64,000 nucleotides of DNA from assembly GCA_040954595.2 (NCBI GenBank), contig CM082587.2, positions 5,134,206 through 5,198,205 on the forward strand. The letters run 5' to 3'. The stretch is from Balanoglossus misakiensis. Lineage: Eukaryota; Animalia; Hemichordata. The notes under the pieces are model-generated. The model had not been told where the DNA came from, made no database searches, and was given only the letters and a program-made list of their open reading frames with translations. Both the position numbers and the translations under genes were made by a program. How positions within the stretch are numbered: position 1 is the first letter of the stretch; each line of letters starts with the position of its first letter. This document shows positions 26,043 to 39,982 of this stretch, piece by piece.

Positions 26043-28143
26043 TATTCGGGTAAAAATATCACTTCGATGCTTATACCGCGCTTCAACGTAGATTCATCAC
26101 CGACGCATATGGCATTGAGCTGATCGAAACATCTAGAATATTAAGCGAGGTATCATCATTATTTATGCCTCTATTGGCGGGCTGAAAATAGAGTAGGCGA
26201 CAGACAAGAGGGAGATGAAACAGATGGTGTGACGAAGAGATTATGACTCCCACTCGCTCTTCTGATAAAACATCGGTAGATTTTACTCTTGCTTTTATCA
26301 CATCGACTCTTCCAATCTAAACTGATCAGGTCTTGTAGTTATACGAAACAAGAATCGTGAAATGAAATACGATGAAATTTCCGCGAATGGAGAATATAAC
26401 CACGTCCACCATGGGCGATGTTTTAAATTTGGACGATATCTAAATAATAGTATGGCCAAGCCCAGCACGGTTTTCTCCCTGGTAGTAAATTCTATCGCGG
26501 TTGACTGAAGTATTCGAGTCATATAGACATGATATATACCAGTAATTCATTTTTCATGTATCCAAGCTGTAATAAATGTGTGGTTTTTTGGCAAATAAAT
26601 TCAAAAGAGAATCTCCCTGATCCACGTTTACACTTACCCTCAATCTGGCCTTTTTGGTTACCAATGCAGAAGTATCTACTCAACGTGCTGATGGGAAGGT
26701 GGAAAACGAGCTCTATGACCACTCCAACGCCGGCGCGATGAAAGTATTGGCACCAGGGCTTGCATAGAATTTGCATAAACTACAGTGATTGGGTAGAGCT
26801 GATGTCATTCATGCAAATTCAAACCTTTCGAAATCCACCCTACCATACGTACAGAGCAATAAACTCGATTTAAATTTAAATACATGTATTGTTATTTTTG
26901 GGAGTGCTATTTGCGATCCATGACGAAAATGTCAAACATCGAAGAATGGAAGGTCGGGATCGTTTTACTACTAGATGGGTAAATTCCAAAACATCTAATG
27001 TAGCCAATTATGGCAAAAAATATGAATTTATAACATCATATTCGCTTGAAACAGTACCCTGGAAACGCAGCGCAGTTGTTGCAGACTGATAATTACTAGT
27101 ACGCCATATACCCTATTCACTATAAAGCGCATCGTATCCATTCGACTGCCACTGGTTGAATTATGTCCACTTGGCATCCCTTTGTACAGAGGAACTCGAG
27201 CCGATGGGTTGTCACACCCCCGGGGACACCCACACTCGCGTCATCTGCGACCCAGCATTGCCACGTTGATAGTGAATCATATGTATAAATATAGTTTGGC
27301 CTTTTGTCAATTTAAAAACCGGTAGACGGCTGCATTGGTAACCAAAAAGGCCAAATTGACGGTAAGTGCGTTGGGTAAATGCGAGTTCGCCTTTAAATAT
27401 AAATTTGCGCTCACCAAATTCAAACAATTTCATATGAAATGAAAACAGTTGACAATATGTTGGAACGACAGAGTACATATATTTAGTCACAGTATGGTGC
27501 GATGCAATACAATGACGTAGGCTAAATAAAATGTATTGCTAAGGTAAAGCTCATTCTTAAAGATATAGGGTCACGTATGCAAATTTAGACACAGTTTCCA
27601 TGGAAAGGCACGATCCAGCCATGCACAGATTTCCAGCGGACCACGTGATTGCCCAACCACATGTTTAATCATGTTACCGGAAGGTTCTGGGTCGATTTTG
27701 CCGGTCCCTGCGCAGATACCACTGAAAACATCATTCGTGAATCCTGCATCAGGTTGACAGATCACGTGGTGGCGGCATGGCTGCTGTTTTGTCAGTGTTC
27801 AGCCAGTCGACACGTGGCGACGTGAACAGCTTGTTTCAAAAACTCGCCGCTTTCATCGAATGAATTGGTTGAACACCACTGTGAGCGAGTGCCAATTCAA
27901 CGCTTTGTTGACAATGGGGGGGGGGCAGAATTATATTTAAACTGTATGACTACTTCTGACTATATATACGAAATAATTTGTAAAACCACAGGGTAGTTGA
28001 GTTCCAAGACGTTTATTCCTTACCTCCAATCTCAAGAATACAAGTGGATGAGCAAAGATTCGATGTGTCAAGCATACCTTCCCATGGCTGATCAACTACA
28101 GTGACAAAGCAAATGTCTGCAAATTACACATTTTGTTATATGC

Positions 28144-29083
28144 CTACAACTCATCACGATCAGGCAGATAATATTTGCAGAAGTAGTAATGAGTAGCTTC
28201 ATGACGTCTGTAAGAGCAGTACAGAATATCAGCAGAAAAGGTGATATCTCCTGGTGGGTTCCAGTACAGTTCCGTAGACAATCGCTCCGGACATTCCTAA
28301 AGTGGACGAACAAGAGCACAAACCAGTGTGTTAAAGCGCCTTGACATATAAATTGTATCTTTAAATGCAGGGTTTTTTAGGCAGCCCACGGCTAACCCTT
28401 AAATAAAAAAAAACACGAGTGGCATTATGTTATAAGGTATCAAACTTTTACATACAGGCATTGGCTGGGACACCGACGTAATAATATTATCCGGATAAAA
28501 TGACACCGTTCCGTTTAAACACTCATTAACAAAACCACCATCAAGTTTTGTTCCCTATAAAGAGAAAAAGAAAGGTGTTCATTTACATTTATTTTTCATA
28601 TATCGAGAACCTAGTTGCAACATCTACCACACCTCCACACCTAGCATGATTTTTAAAATGTACTGTGCGTTTCGAAAGAAAACAGTATACGCCATATGCA
28701 CACATTTCACACTGGCGTTTACCTTCACGGCTGAGGTTAATACATTTTCAGCCAATACTTACAAGGTTTGCCGTTTCCAGTTTGTCCCTAACGACGTTAA
28801 CGAATCGAAACGTCTTGGTTGGTCCTATGTACTCACTGACAGCCTTGTAGATGGGGTATGTTTTTACCGGCGTTTTAGCTGCCACGATGTCAGGTAGCTC
28901 CATCAATTTGTCGAAACACTCAACTTCTTGAGTGGCGACTGCGTTGAATACCTCATCGTTGTAGATTTTGTAGTCTGCCGTTAGACATACCCACTCCCTC
29001 GAATGGTACGGGTGTTTGACACTGGCCCCCGCAATCGTAAATACAATTGACACCACGAACAGCCAATTCAACATCTTGTCCAT
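28144..29083 (-). CDS. Uncharacterised 6-Cys secretory protein, copy 1 (ends RDEL)
   Basis: Three coding exons with phase-0 introns: signal peptide..VVRDKLETANL / GTKLDGGFVNECLNGT..MP / ECPERLSTELYWNPPGDITF..FCKYYLPDRDEL*. Confidence 0.85.
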
Positions 29084-30048
29084 ATCTGCAAGTAGAATTT
29101 GGAAAAAAGCATTACAACGATACATACACCTGTTTTATATTTCCTCCAAGATGAGAGTCAGGGCTGATAAGTGCTGAGAGGCGCCAGACAGCGCTACGTA
29201 TTATCATGCCAAAATTTTCCTCCTTGGAAATGCAAACTTAGTGATTTCCGAACACATAAATTTTGCAATGATCGACTTCATAACTCCTACATTTTGAATT
29301 ATCTGTGACTGATGCATTACACATGTACTCACAAGTTACCTACCTCAGTTATCGATGAATAAATTTCGGACTGGAAACTTCAACCATTCGCCACCGATGC
29401 ATAAAAGCATTGCATTTCCTAGGAGTAGGGTTTTTATTTAATGCTAAAGCTATAAATATGTTGCAGATTGTTCGTAAGCTGAAAGTAACTATTTTTTATC
29501 GACAAAAAGGCGGAAGGTATGAATGGTATGGTCTGATATGATATTATTGAGATGCTTTGCGGTTTTCCACAATAACTCAATAAGGATATCAGATGGAACG
29601 TATTTTAGGAAAACTGTAAATGGGACACCTGGAGAAAACTTATGTATTTATCTACGAGCCCTACTCAATTTTCGAAGAAAATTATAATTGTCGATTCTAT
29701 ACAATATAAGATTACAACGGGCGAGTATAAATGTTAGGAATAACGCAGTGTGGGGAGATTTTGCCAACGCTACAAACGTCTACATTTAGATTAGACCACC
29801 TTTAGAGGCAAGTTATGAATTTGAAAGGGGTCGACATTTTCACCCGATCCAGAAAACTACTTATAATATATTCAAACTGGCGGCCATGCACCAAAACTGC
29901 AAAAATGAACATCAGTCTCAAACTTGTATAATCTTCTTGTATTCAGAGGATGATCATCATATAAATGTGCTTTAAGAACATCCGAACAGAACTGTGACAC
30001 TTGACGATACTTGTGATTTGAATTCTACCGACAGATATAGACGGGAGT

Positions 30049-32038
30049 ATGAAGTGGCTGTGGTATATACCGTTCGTTCTGGCGATGGCGAGCGGCAGCG
30101 TCAAACATCCGTTCCATTCAAAGGACTGGCTATGTGGATCAGCTGATCTGAGAGTCTACGATGACGTCGTAGGCAACACTGTCGCCACCCAACAAGTGCC
30201 GTGCTCTGAAGAACTAATGGACTTGTCCAGCCTTGTGAAAAATGAATCACCAGTCAAAGTATACCCCGTTTACAAGGTTGCTGGAGAGTACATAGGATCA
30301 ACCAAGACATTTCGACTGGTTAATGTTGTGAGGGACAAACTGGAAACAGCAAACCTCGTAAGCATGGATCTAGTAAATCATTAAATTCCACCAAACCAAT
30401 TTTTAACCGCTTGACAGGCATGGATCACTTCTTGTGGGTTAAGTAGCTACAGCTTAATAAAAGTACGATATAAAAATTCTGTTAAGACTCTAAAATTGAG
30501 GGCTCATCTTTTTAGAGAAGCTTGTCATTAAGCATATTCTACGTTGCACATGCAATATGCCGAGACCTGGCGCAGTTCGCATGTTATCTTATGCTTCGTG
30601 AAAGCTTCTCAGTTCAACCAAGTGCTACATAAAATCAATGGGATCCTTAACAATGGTCTTCTTACCCTACAGGGCACAAAACTTGATGGTGAATTTGCCA
30701 ATGAGTGCTTTAATGGAACATTAGCATTGTATCCCGATAACATTTTTGTAGCGACCAGCAAGGAAATGCGCGTAAGTATACTTGTGGGCATACATGTGGG
30801 CAAATAAGCGGAGTTCCGAAATGGTCTAATCGTACTCTGTTTGAATGTACGTTGTTGCGAGAGGTCCCGGGTTCAACTCCCGGACGAGCCCCCAGTTTGT
30901 TACGACCCTCAGGCCGTCCGAGCCAAAAATATGCGGATAATATAGAGAGGCCAATTTACCCGACCGGGTGGCTTGTTTTACACCCGAACCGGCCAACAGG
31001 CCGCAAAAAACCAGTCTATTTACAGGGTTAATTTAATTGCAGATACGAGTAATATTCACCATATGTTAACTAATATTTACAATAAACTACAAACTAAACT
31101 CGAGCGTGACCAGGTGACCAAACAAAATTCCTAATAAGTTCAAAGTCTCACAAACAGTTCGGTGACTCGACGCACGACGATACTGGCCTTTCTGTCCGTT
31201 TAACGCTAGTGTACAAAAGACAGCCACGTATTACGTACCTCAAATGCAATTCCGCCGTGTAGTCCACAGACAGCCACGTATTACCTCAAATGCAGTTCCA
31301 CAGTCAATACAAGATACAAGATACTCTGACTTTAGTACTATTTTACCACATATATTATACGTTCACTTTGTGCAAAGCCCATTACCTCAAATGCAGTTCC
31401 ACAGTGACCCGGAAACGCGCTCCCTCAGGACGGCTCCCAAATTCCACGCGGCGTCCTCGAAAACATCCACCACGACTTCACAAGTCCCTTCGGCAGTGTC
31501 AATCCTCAGCTACCACAGTAGACAGGCAAACTCCGTACGGTGGGCTCCCAAACTCCGCGACAATGCAACGGCACATCTACCAGACCAGACTCAAAATGAT
31601 CCACGTGGCACTGGGTGGCTTTTATACGACCAAATACTAACACCTGGTCACGCTAATATGTTAAATAAAGAAATCAACATAGGTGCACCTGGCCACGAAA
31701 CAAAACAAATAAGAAACTTCATATCTTCCCCTAGCAGGAACGCCCAAGGCAAAATGTAAACGTTGTTACTCTAACAGGAGTACACTACACATAAATTTAG
31801 TACCTAACTTGTATGCCAAAATATTATAAGGAGAATATATATTCAAACTCAGTATACGTGTACTTAAATCGTGCTGTTGTTATAAGTTTAGCCATCTGTT
31901 TTACTCCTACAGGAATGTCCTCAGCGATTGTCCGGGGAAATGTACTGGAACCCACCTGGAAACGTGACATTTTCCGCCCATATTTACTGCTCTTACACAC
32001 ACAATAAAGATGTACACTACTACTACTGCAAATACTAA
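30049..32038 (+). CDS. Uncharacterised 6-Cys secretory protein, copy 2 (C-terminus truncated)
   Basis: Same three-exon structure; last exon ECPQRLSGEMYWNPPG..YYYCKY*; LTR in intron 2. Confidence 0.8.
30856..31776 (-). mobile_element. LTR retrotransposon remnant: LTR (about 31776-30898) plus tRNA-Pro primer-binding site (30894-30856)
   Basis: The minus strand reads TGTTA...TAACA, then AAC, then TGGGGGCTCGTCCGGGA (complement of the tRNA-Pro 3' end including CCA). TATAAAA near 31620. A homologous segment lies at 51026-51443. Confidence 0.75.
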
Positions 32039-32171
32039 CCGCGAGGAGTTGAGACATCCACCGATTGATTGTTGTATTTATACCACTAAGTTATTTTGGT
32101 GAAGTTTGTTGTCGTGTGGATTTCTGTCCCAATTGCAATAAAAGAGACCATGCCTTAAGGATTATTTGCAC

Positions 32172-32233
32172 CTCTCCCCCTCTCTCTCCCTCTCCCCCCT
32201 CTCTCTCTCCCTTCCCCCCCTCTCTCTCTCTCT
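32172..32233. repeat. CT-rich simple repeat
   Basis: Read directly. Confidence 0.85.
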
Positions 32234-33144
32234 GACCAAAGAAAATGTGACGTGGCATTTCAAATGAAAAGGAAACCACATGAAGGGAGACATATTGAAT
32301 ATTCCACAAACTGAAATGACTTTGTTTCCTATTATAGAAGAAAGGGGACATGACTATTTTATATTGCTTTCTGTTTATAGGTTTTGATGAAAATGTCCTC
32401 AATTGTCCTCCCGCTGCATGTTTTATGCGATTAACACGAAAACTACTTTAAATATAATCCCAATGAATCTACAGGGTCCTCTATCTGCAATTTTAAGAGA
32501 GACACGCACACTACTTTGAGCTATTACCTTGCATGTTCGTAGGTAATAAGCCAATGCGTTCCATTTTGTTCTATGGAAAGGAAGTATATATGGACATATG
32601 GTCAGGTGGGAATATTTCAATTCTGGTGAATCCCTTTACAGATGCAGAGAGTAAACGGCCTCATTAGAACTCGCACACAATATGGAGGACAACCCAATTC
32701 CCTCGTTACAGCTAAAATAAGGCTGTTTTCAGCTTGTAAAATATTTAAAGCGGCTATATCTGCGGGTGTATCACGAAATAAACCCAAACTACCACCCTAC
32801 TCTTTGGAACCACGAGACATCTTTGCGTTGGTTTCTTCAAGTTGTTATTTTACAGAGTGAACTGCCATAACCAAGGGGTGAGTATATAAGTATTACATCA
32901 ATTAGAAATATCTCTGAGTGAATATGCATTACACAAACGTATTCGAATTGCCGTATGTAAACATTTCCAGCCAAAGCTACAACCGAATTAACTATATCCC
33001 ATGCACGTTTTAGTCGGTCAGATCAACCATACGGGTTACCAATAAGCTATCACAGCAACCGATCACTAATAATAATGCAGCGAACATATCAAAAGTATAA
33101 CACTTGACGTGTTATTATCAAAGTGTTATAATTTCTACCGCCAG

Positions 33145-34155
33145 ATGAAGTGGCTGTGTTGTATACCGATCTTTTTGTCAGTCGTCAGTGGTAGTGTCGT
33201 CCACCCGTTCCATTCAAATGAATGGGTGTGTGGATCAGTTGGTGGAATGCGAATGTACGACGATGCTGTATTCAACCTGGTTGGCACTCAAGACGCTGCG
33301 TGTTTCGACGATCTTATGAAGATACCCGGCATGGTGGAGAATGAAACACCAATAAAATCGTATCCCATCTACAAGGTTGCCGGAGAATACATAGGACCAA
33401 CCAAGTCATTTCGAATTGTCAGTGTGGTCAGAGACAAATTGGAAACAGCAAACCTTGTAAGCATCACCTTGATTGTGTTGAATGTTATCACGTTTTCTAG
33501 TCACATGAAGCATTACATGGGCAAGTCCCACTACTTTTTGTGTGGTACATCATATCTACGAAATGTGTCGTAATTTGCCATCCGTTACAAATGTATATAT
33601 TACAGGGCACAAAACTTGATGGTGAATGGGTGAATGAGTGTTTTAACGGGACAATTGAATTTTATCCCAACAATACTATTGTATCGATCAACAAGGAAAT
33701 GCCTGTAAGTAAACATTCTACTCCGTATGTTGCCTCCACGATCTACATTCAGAAAACCCTGCTACACACCAAAGAAACGGAAGTCTGAGTGATTTTAGTT
33801 TTTTTTCTGGACATTTCTGGCAAAACAGGAATTGGCAATCCAACACAATAAGGAATTAAACATCGACAGAAGATGTCACATTTTTTGAAAGTTCAAATTT
33901 GAATATTTGGCTGTGTTAGATGTCATACTTCATTGACAGCGTTTGAACATCAACAATTTTCGAACAGTTATATGCATTATTTCGCACTCATTCCCCTTAC
34001 AGAAATGTCCGGAGCGATTGTCCAAGGATATGTACTGGAACCCACAGGGAGATATCACCTTTTCTGTTGATATTGTGTACTGCTCTTACAGACGTCATGA
34101 AGATACTCATTACTACTTCTGCAAATACTATCTTCCCGATCGTGATGAGATGTAG
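33145..34155 (+). CDS. Uncharacterised 6-Cys secretory protein, copy 3 (ends RDEM)
   Basis: MKWLCCIPIFLSVVSG..; same three exons; ends YYLPDRDEM*. Confidence 0.85.
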
Positions 34156-35445
34156 ACGTATAGTTACAAATAACATTATGTTACTTCTCCATTGAATGTC
34201 GTTTTAGTGTTAAATTATGCCTTATTTTTGTGAAAAGACTCAGTTTAATGACTGTGTATGCCCAAGTATTTGACATTAAAAGATTTTTATCTGTAGACTG
34301 TCTATTCCTACGCAGTACCTACCTACCTACATAACCACCCAACCACCAACCTCTGCCCACCTGTCTGACTTATACGTATTGGTTGCTAATCATTTCGAAG
34401 GCGGAAAATAAAATTGTTTCCTGCGACTCCTGTTTGTGAAATAAAAAAAACCCTCGAAACTCATACGTGCTCACATGTTTCCATCTGTACTATTTCCCTG
34501 CAATTGTTCATGAAAATTCTGCATCATTTATATTTAGACACGAAATACCCAGGGACCAACCCGTGTTTTCTGCAATAGTCCGTGAGAAACCACATGTCTA
34601 TAATTACACCTGCAGCCCTCAGTCAACAAGATCCGAGTAACATATGCAATTATTACCGGTTACTCAAACAATTCTATTTTGTTGAACGTTAAACGGATTA
34701 CGGCAGACTGTTTATGAGAAAAATACATTCAAAATATCACACCAACATGATTCGTGAAACCGACTGAATCGGTACAAAATCACATGGGCATACTTTCAGC
34801 TGGTTGCATTCTTGCATGTTTGTTGGTGAGAAGCCAGTGCGGTCCAGTTTGCTCTATGGACAGGAAATCCAGGACTTTTCGTTGGAACCATAAAATATGC
34901 AAATTATTGAAATAGAATATCTCCCTCGTTACAACTAAAATAACTTAAAGGCTATTTTCAGCTTGTAAAATATTTAAGGCAGCTTTATCTGAGGGTGTAT
35001 CACGACATAAACCCAAACGACCCCCCTACTGTTCAGAACCACAAGACATCTTTGTGTTGGTGGACATTTCTTGTTATTTTACTGAGTGAACTGCCATAAC
35101 CAAGGGGTGAGTATATAAGTATTACATCAATTAGAAATATCTCTGAGTGTATAGGCATTACACAAACGTATTCGAATTGCCGTTTCCAGCCAAAGCTACA
35201 ACCGCATTAACTATATCCCATACACGCTTTAGATAAATGTGGATTTGTGACCGTGTGTTGGCAATAATCGTTTCATGGATAAAATGCATTAAGTGAATGT
35301 TCAGGCGAAATGAATCCAGTGCTAAGTAATTTCAAGAGTTTTGGATAAAGTGTTAACCAGATACTAAATGGTGCATATGGTATGTCCCAACACTGATCCT
35401 GGTGTCCTCGGGGGCAATTACAAGTATTGTATTTTCTACCGGCAG

Positions 35446-36393
35446 ATGAAGTGGCTGTGCTGTATACCGTTCTTTTTGTCAGTCGTCAGTGGTAGTGTCG
35501 AACACCCCTACCACTCAAGGGAATGGGTATGTGCAGCAGGTGAATTGCGAATATACGATGATGCTGTAATGAACGCAGTTGGCACCCAAGAGATTGCGTG
35601 TTTCGACGAACTGATGGAGATACCCAGCATGGTGGAGAATAAAACACCGATGAAATCGTATCCTGTTTTCAAGGCTGCTGGCGCATACATAGGACCAACC
35701 AAGTCATTTCGAACTGTCAGTGTGGTCAGAGACAAGTTGGAAACAGCAGACCTTGTAAGCATCGCCCTACATTGTGTTAATTTCTATTACATTTCTTGTT
35801 ACCGTTCATAGGTTCCTATCCTGAATAACTTCATTGACAAGTCCCACCATATTCTGCCTGTTACATCATGTCTACGAAATGTTACGTAATTTGCCTTCCA
35901 CGTTGGAGTCTTTAGTTTCAAGGGTGGTGATGTGTTTCTGATGATAACAGCTAAAACGTGTGGTTAATAAGTAACAATGACATTGACCTTGCAGGGCTCA
36001 AAACTTGATGGCGAGTGGGCGAATGAGTGTTTTAACGGGACCATGGACTTTTATTCCGACAATATTATTGTAGCGACCAGCAAGGAAATGGCTGTAAGTA
36101 AAACTTCTGTTCTTTTGCAACGGCGCCCTATGCTGCCAGGTAGTCGCCGGAGATACCGCACTGGACTGAATCTTTCAGTCTATGACAGTACTTGAAACAT
36201 TAACAATTTTCGATTTGTTAAAGTTAATTTTATATTTCCTGAACAGGAATGCTCTGAGCGATTGTCCAAGAACATGTACTGGAACCCACCGGGAGAGATC
36301 ACCTTTTCTGTTGATATTGTGTACTGCTCTTACGGACGTCATGAAGATACTCATTACTACTTCTGCAAGTACTATCTTCCCGATCGTGATTAG
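35446..36393 (+). CDS. Uncharacterised 6-Cys secretory protein, copy 4 (ends PDRD)
   Basis: Same three exons; ends GAT CGT GAT TAG TTG TAG, i.e. the Glu codon of RDEL is now a stop. Confidence 0.85.
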
Positions 36394-36768
36394 TTGTAGA
36401 CATATAGCAACAAATAAAATTATGTAACCTCTATATTAACTGTCGTTTTAGTGTTTATTTATGCCTTCGGTTTCTGAAAAGACTCCGTTAAATGATGCCC
36501 AGTATTTGACATTACAGTAGCAAATAGTGATAACATTTCAGAGGAGATACCCTGAGAGTTACAAACAGTTATATAAAAGTCCGTGGGCAAAGACAGAGTC
36601 GATTCCTTTGGGGTAAACGGGATGCCATTGCGATCACTCGTTCGTGTCACTTGTATTCGGTGTGTCTAATAAAAAAACCCTGACCAGATACCTGGTTGGT
36701 CATGATTCATTTCTAGATTCATACACCACCTGCCACCACCACCACCACCGCCGCCGCCACAGGTGTTT

Positions 36769-39700
36769 CTAATACTGCTGTGGATCCTCGAACAGCCAGA
36801 AGTCCTAGAATATTAGGAAAGTACGGTGTTAGTGAACTTGAAACCGAACGCTTTGCATGCAACATTGGCAACTCCGGTTCTCAGAAATACAGCACGTGGA
36901 CAACACAGATCATTAACATTAACAGTCACATGACATGAAAATGTCACAATGATGGGCCCTGATAAAGTATTATGACAGACTATATCACGTGATTCGTGCA
37001 TGACAGCACATATCGTCCACAAAATCTATTCGCGGGAAATATGAGCCCGGTTCTATTAAAAAGGGTGCATTGGGCAGCATGTTACATCTAGGCATTGTGA
37101 CGATAGAGTCGATGGCCTTCCCATGAATTATATGTTTTACTACAAAAAAACCTACCGCTAAGAAACATGCTGCTAACATGACGGCTTTCATCTTCACATC
37201 AAGATCCAGGGGGACTGAAAATTACGGACACAAGATTTTACAAAATTTGAGAAATGCTTTTAATAAAGACAAATGTATATTTTTGCTGCGCTGCGCCAAA
37301 GTCAACGTATAGAAACAAGCACATAGGCCTAAATCTTTAATGAAGACACCAGTGTATTTCTCACGAACATCCGTGGATTTTGGATTCTACCTCAATTACT
37401 GTGAACTAGAAAATTAACACGAAAAGCAGCTCCTGTCGGCCCGCACGTGAGACTGGAGAGGTTGTGCTTATGGCGTAAAACTACAGGCATGCTTTCTGTA
37501 CAGTTAAAATGTCTCCACTGCGAGGGAATTGTTCGCAGTCAACTGCACTGGCGCAAGACTATACTCACACGACACGTTGTACTTGTCAGCGTCCGAGATG
37601 ATCTCTTTCTTCGTACCAGCCCATTTCTTTGAGATTTGGCATATTTGGTCCTTTGATTCAGTGCCGGAGAACACCTTGAAATAGATCAAGTAATAAACGC
37701 TAAGAAAAATTTACATATAGCGTGTATATGGCACCTGCGTGTTACATAATACAGGTATGCACCAAAAACATGTCCTGCATAATAACAGAACGTGTGAAGA
37801 ATATTCTGTTGGATTGTTACAAGTTTATTTCGTTTGCAAATCACGAGAGGATCACAGCATATCCTACAGTACAATAGTGCATATATTAAGATTCTTTCGC
37901 GTGAGTCGATAACAATACCACAGCTGCAGGTGAAGAGATAGAATCATTCTTTGGCCAGACAAGAGAGAAAGCTCGAAGGGGACAGGCGCCAAAGTTTGAA
38001 TCCACCAAGCATACCCACCCTGACAGCAACATCGGCAGTACAACAAGGTCCCTGGCATACACAACACGGCGCCCACATCGACATGATGGGTTCCCGGTTG
38101 GCGTCCATGAGTTTCGCGTGTGCGGCACAAGCGCTTGCTCTGGAACGAAGCGAGAGGATTTCTCCGTAAGCCTCCGACGTCAGATACGAACCCTCTCTTT
38201 GTAGCACAGATGTTCACACAAAACAAAACACCAACAGGTGATTGCGCATGACGATTCCGCAAACTGAAATTTATCATTTCACAAATGCAAATAATACGCG
38301 GTGTGAAGCTCCCCAAGTCTATATATCCACCAGATGGCATTGTATAACGATCTGTATGTACATACTCTAACACGAAGCTGGGGTCCAATATAATTGTAAA
38401 CCCATACCCCATGCATACTATAACCGCTACGGTTATACATTCTTGACGACATAAGGGACTTACGCCTGTCTTATGTAGCCGATAGGGTGTCCGACGGGCG
38501 CCTCTACGGTTGCCTCGTAGGCACAACAGTCCGCGCTGGCGCACCAACAGCAGCCGGCACAACATTTAAACTCGCGGTTTATGCGAATTATTTCCTGAAG
38601 GAAAGAAATTACACGGTAAAATAATGTAAGACGCCGTCGTTTCAAGGTTTTAAAATGCTTCTGCGTGTGTAAGTTTATCTGGCTCTAACGCGTCCAGGAC
38701 GGGTTGTTAACGATTAGTGAAGGTCGAAAAATCATTTTCTTCTTCTCATTCGATCATCATGTCTGTAATGTCTACAAGGGTGTTATGATCAGTCACGTAC
38801 ACTCCTTCCAGAAGCAGCGTGACGTGTACATAACATAGGTCACAAGAGTGACAACACACGCCATAGACAATGGTCTGCCACACGTGGCCATAATTCTCAT
38901 AACATGTATTGACGATGAAGCGAAAACTCCAGCCAATAATACAAAGACGAGAAAGTCCTTACCTGATTGTAGTTATCGAATATGTGGAGTACAAAAGCCC
39001 GAGCGGGTCCGCAGCACTGGCGCATGAAAGCCGTTGATTCTGTTGCGAATGCAATATTTGCACACATCATGTACTCGTGAAGTGTTCAACTTGTCAATCA
39101 AGACTGGGGGAATCATTATGACGTCATGGCCAGTGCATACGCACAAGTTCAAATTTTATAGCCCCCACTGAAAACTTTTTCAAAAATTCGCTTCCTATCT
39201 AACCATAAACATTAAACCTACTACTATTAGGCCTACTAGTATTACTTACCTTCCATTGCATAGTAAGCGCGCTGCCCAAGACAGTTGTTGACGACGTAGC
39301 GGTTTCTCGTCTCCCATCCAACGAGAACTGGAAAACGAAAAGTGGAAAAAAATATTCGAATTTGAATCGGCACTGTACAACGGACACTGCATTTCAGAGA
39401 CTCGTGCTTTTGACAGTGACACAAAGAATAGTAAATATTAGGGATACCCACCCTCAAACAATTCCATTTGCTGCCTTACTTGAAGCGTGTCGATGTAGGC
39501 CAGATACTGTAATCCCGGCGGGCAACCGGGCAGGCCGCTCGAGTCGTCCATTAAGACCATTTCCGACTTCTCTGGTTGCTGGGTCACCTGATCAAATAAC
39601 GCGAAAATAAATATGAGCTATGTCATTATCAAGACACATGGCTCGAAATATGTCTGCTCTGCCAGTCTATCAAGACCTGGGGCACTGTACGTCTCTCTAT

Positions 39701-39982
39701 TCAGAGACCCAATGTCTGTAGAGCCACCTGTTGATTCGGACAACAGCATGGCCATCGCAATGAAAGAAGGGGGAGCGTAAGCTTAATATTTATCGTCGAA
39801 TTGCTCACTTTTATTGCCCATCAAAAGTTTACCTCAATGTAAACTCTGAGGGTAACATATTGTGAGTAAGATGGAATCGGGAGAGGGGTGAGAGATAAGC
39901 CTAAACGTATTCTGAACCACTTTTCAAAGTTTGTTTTTAACAAATGAATCCACTCTCATTGCTGTGTGGAACTCACCGCCAT
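36769..39982 (-). CDS. Phospholipid scramblase family protein, multi-exon
   Basis: Spliced MA/VTQQP..GCPPGLQYLAYIDTLQVRQQMELFE/VLVGWETRNRY../MRQCCGPARAF../REFKCCAGCCWC..VEAPVGHPIGYIRQ/..ISKKWAG..DADKY/.PLDLDVKMKAVMLAACFLA/DFWLFE; classic PLSCR motifs. Confidence 0.9.

Noticed and set aside
25577-26086. 169-aa ORF with TYLP/TYIH repeats
   Set aside because: Translation of a microsatellite; only 25741-25675 is a plausible exon
30856-30894. tRNA-Pro gene
   Set aside because: Only the 3' half is present, it includes encoded CCA and abuts an LTR end; better read as a primer-binding site
31215-31410. Direct repeats (cagccacgtattacctcaaatgcagttccac) resembling a CRISPR array
   Set aside because: Only 2-3 irregular copies inside an LTR in a eukaryotic intron; no cas genes
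31244-31759. 171-aa ORF and similar ORFs at 50988-51383
   Set aside because: They lie inside the LTR, the frames are not conserved between the two copies, and no recognisable domain is present
37864-38565. 233-aa ORF
   Set aside because: Off-frame read-through across scramblase exons and an intron
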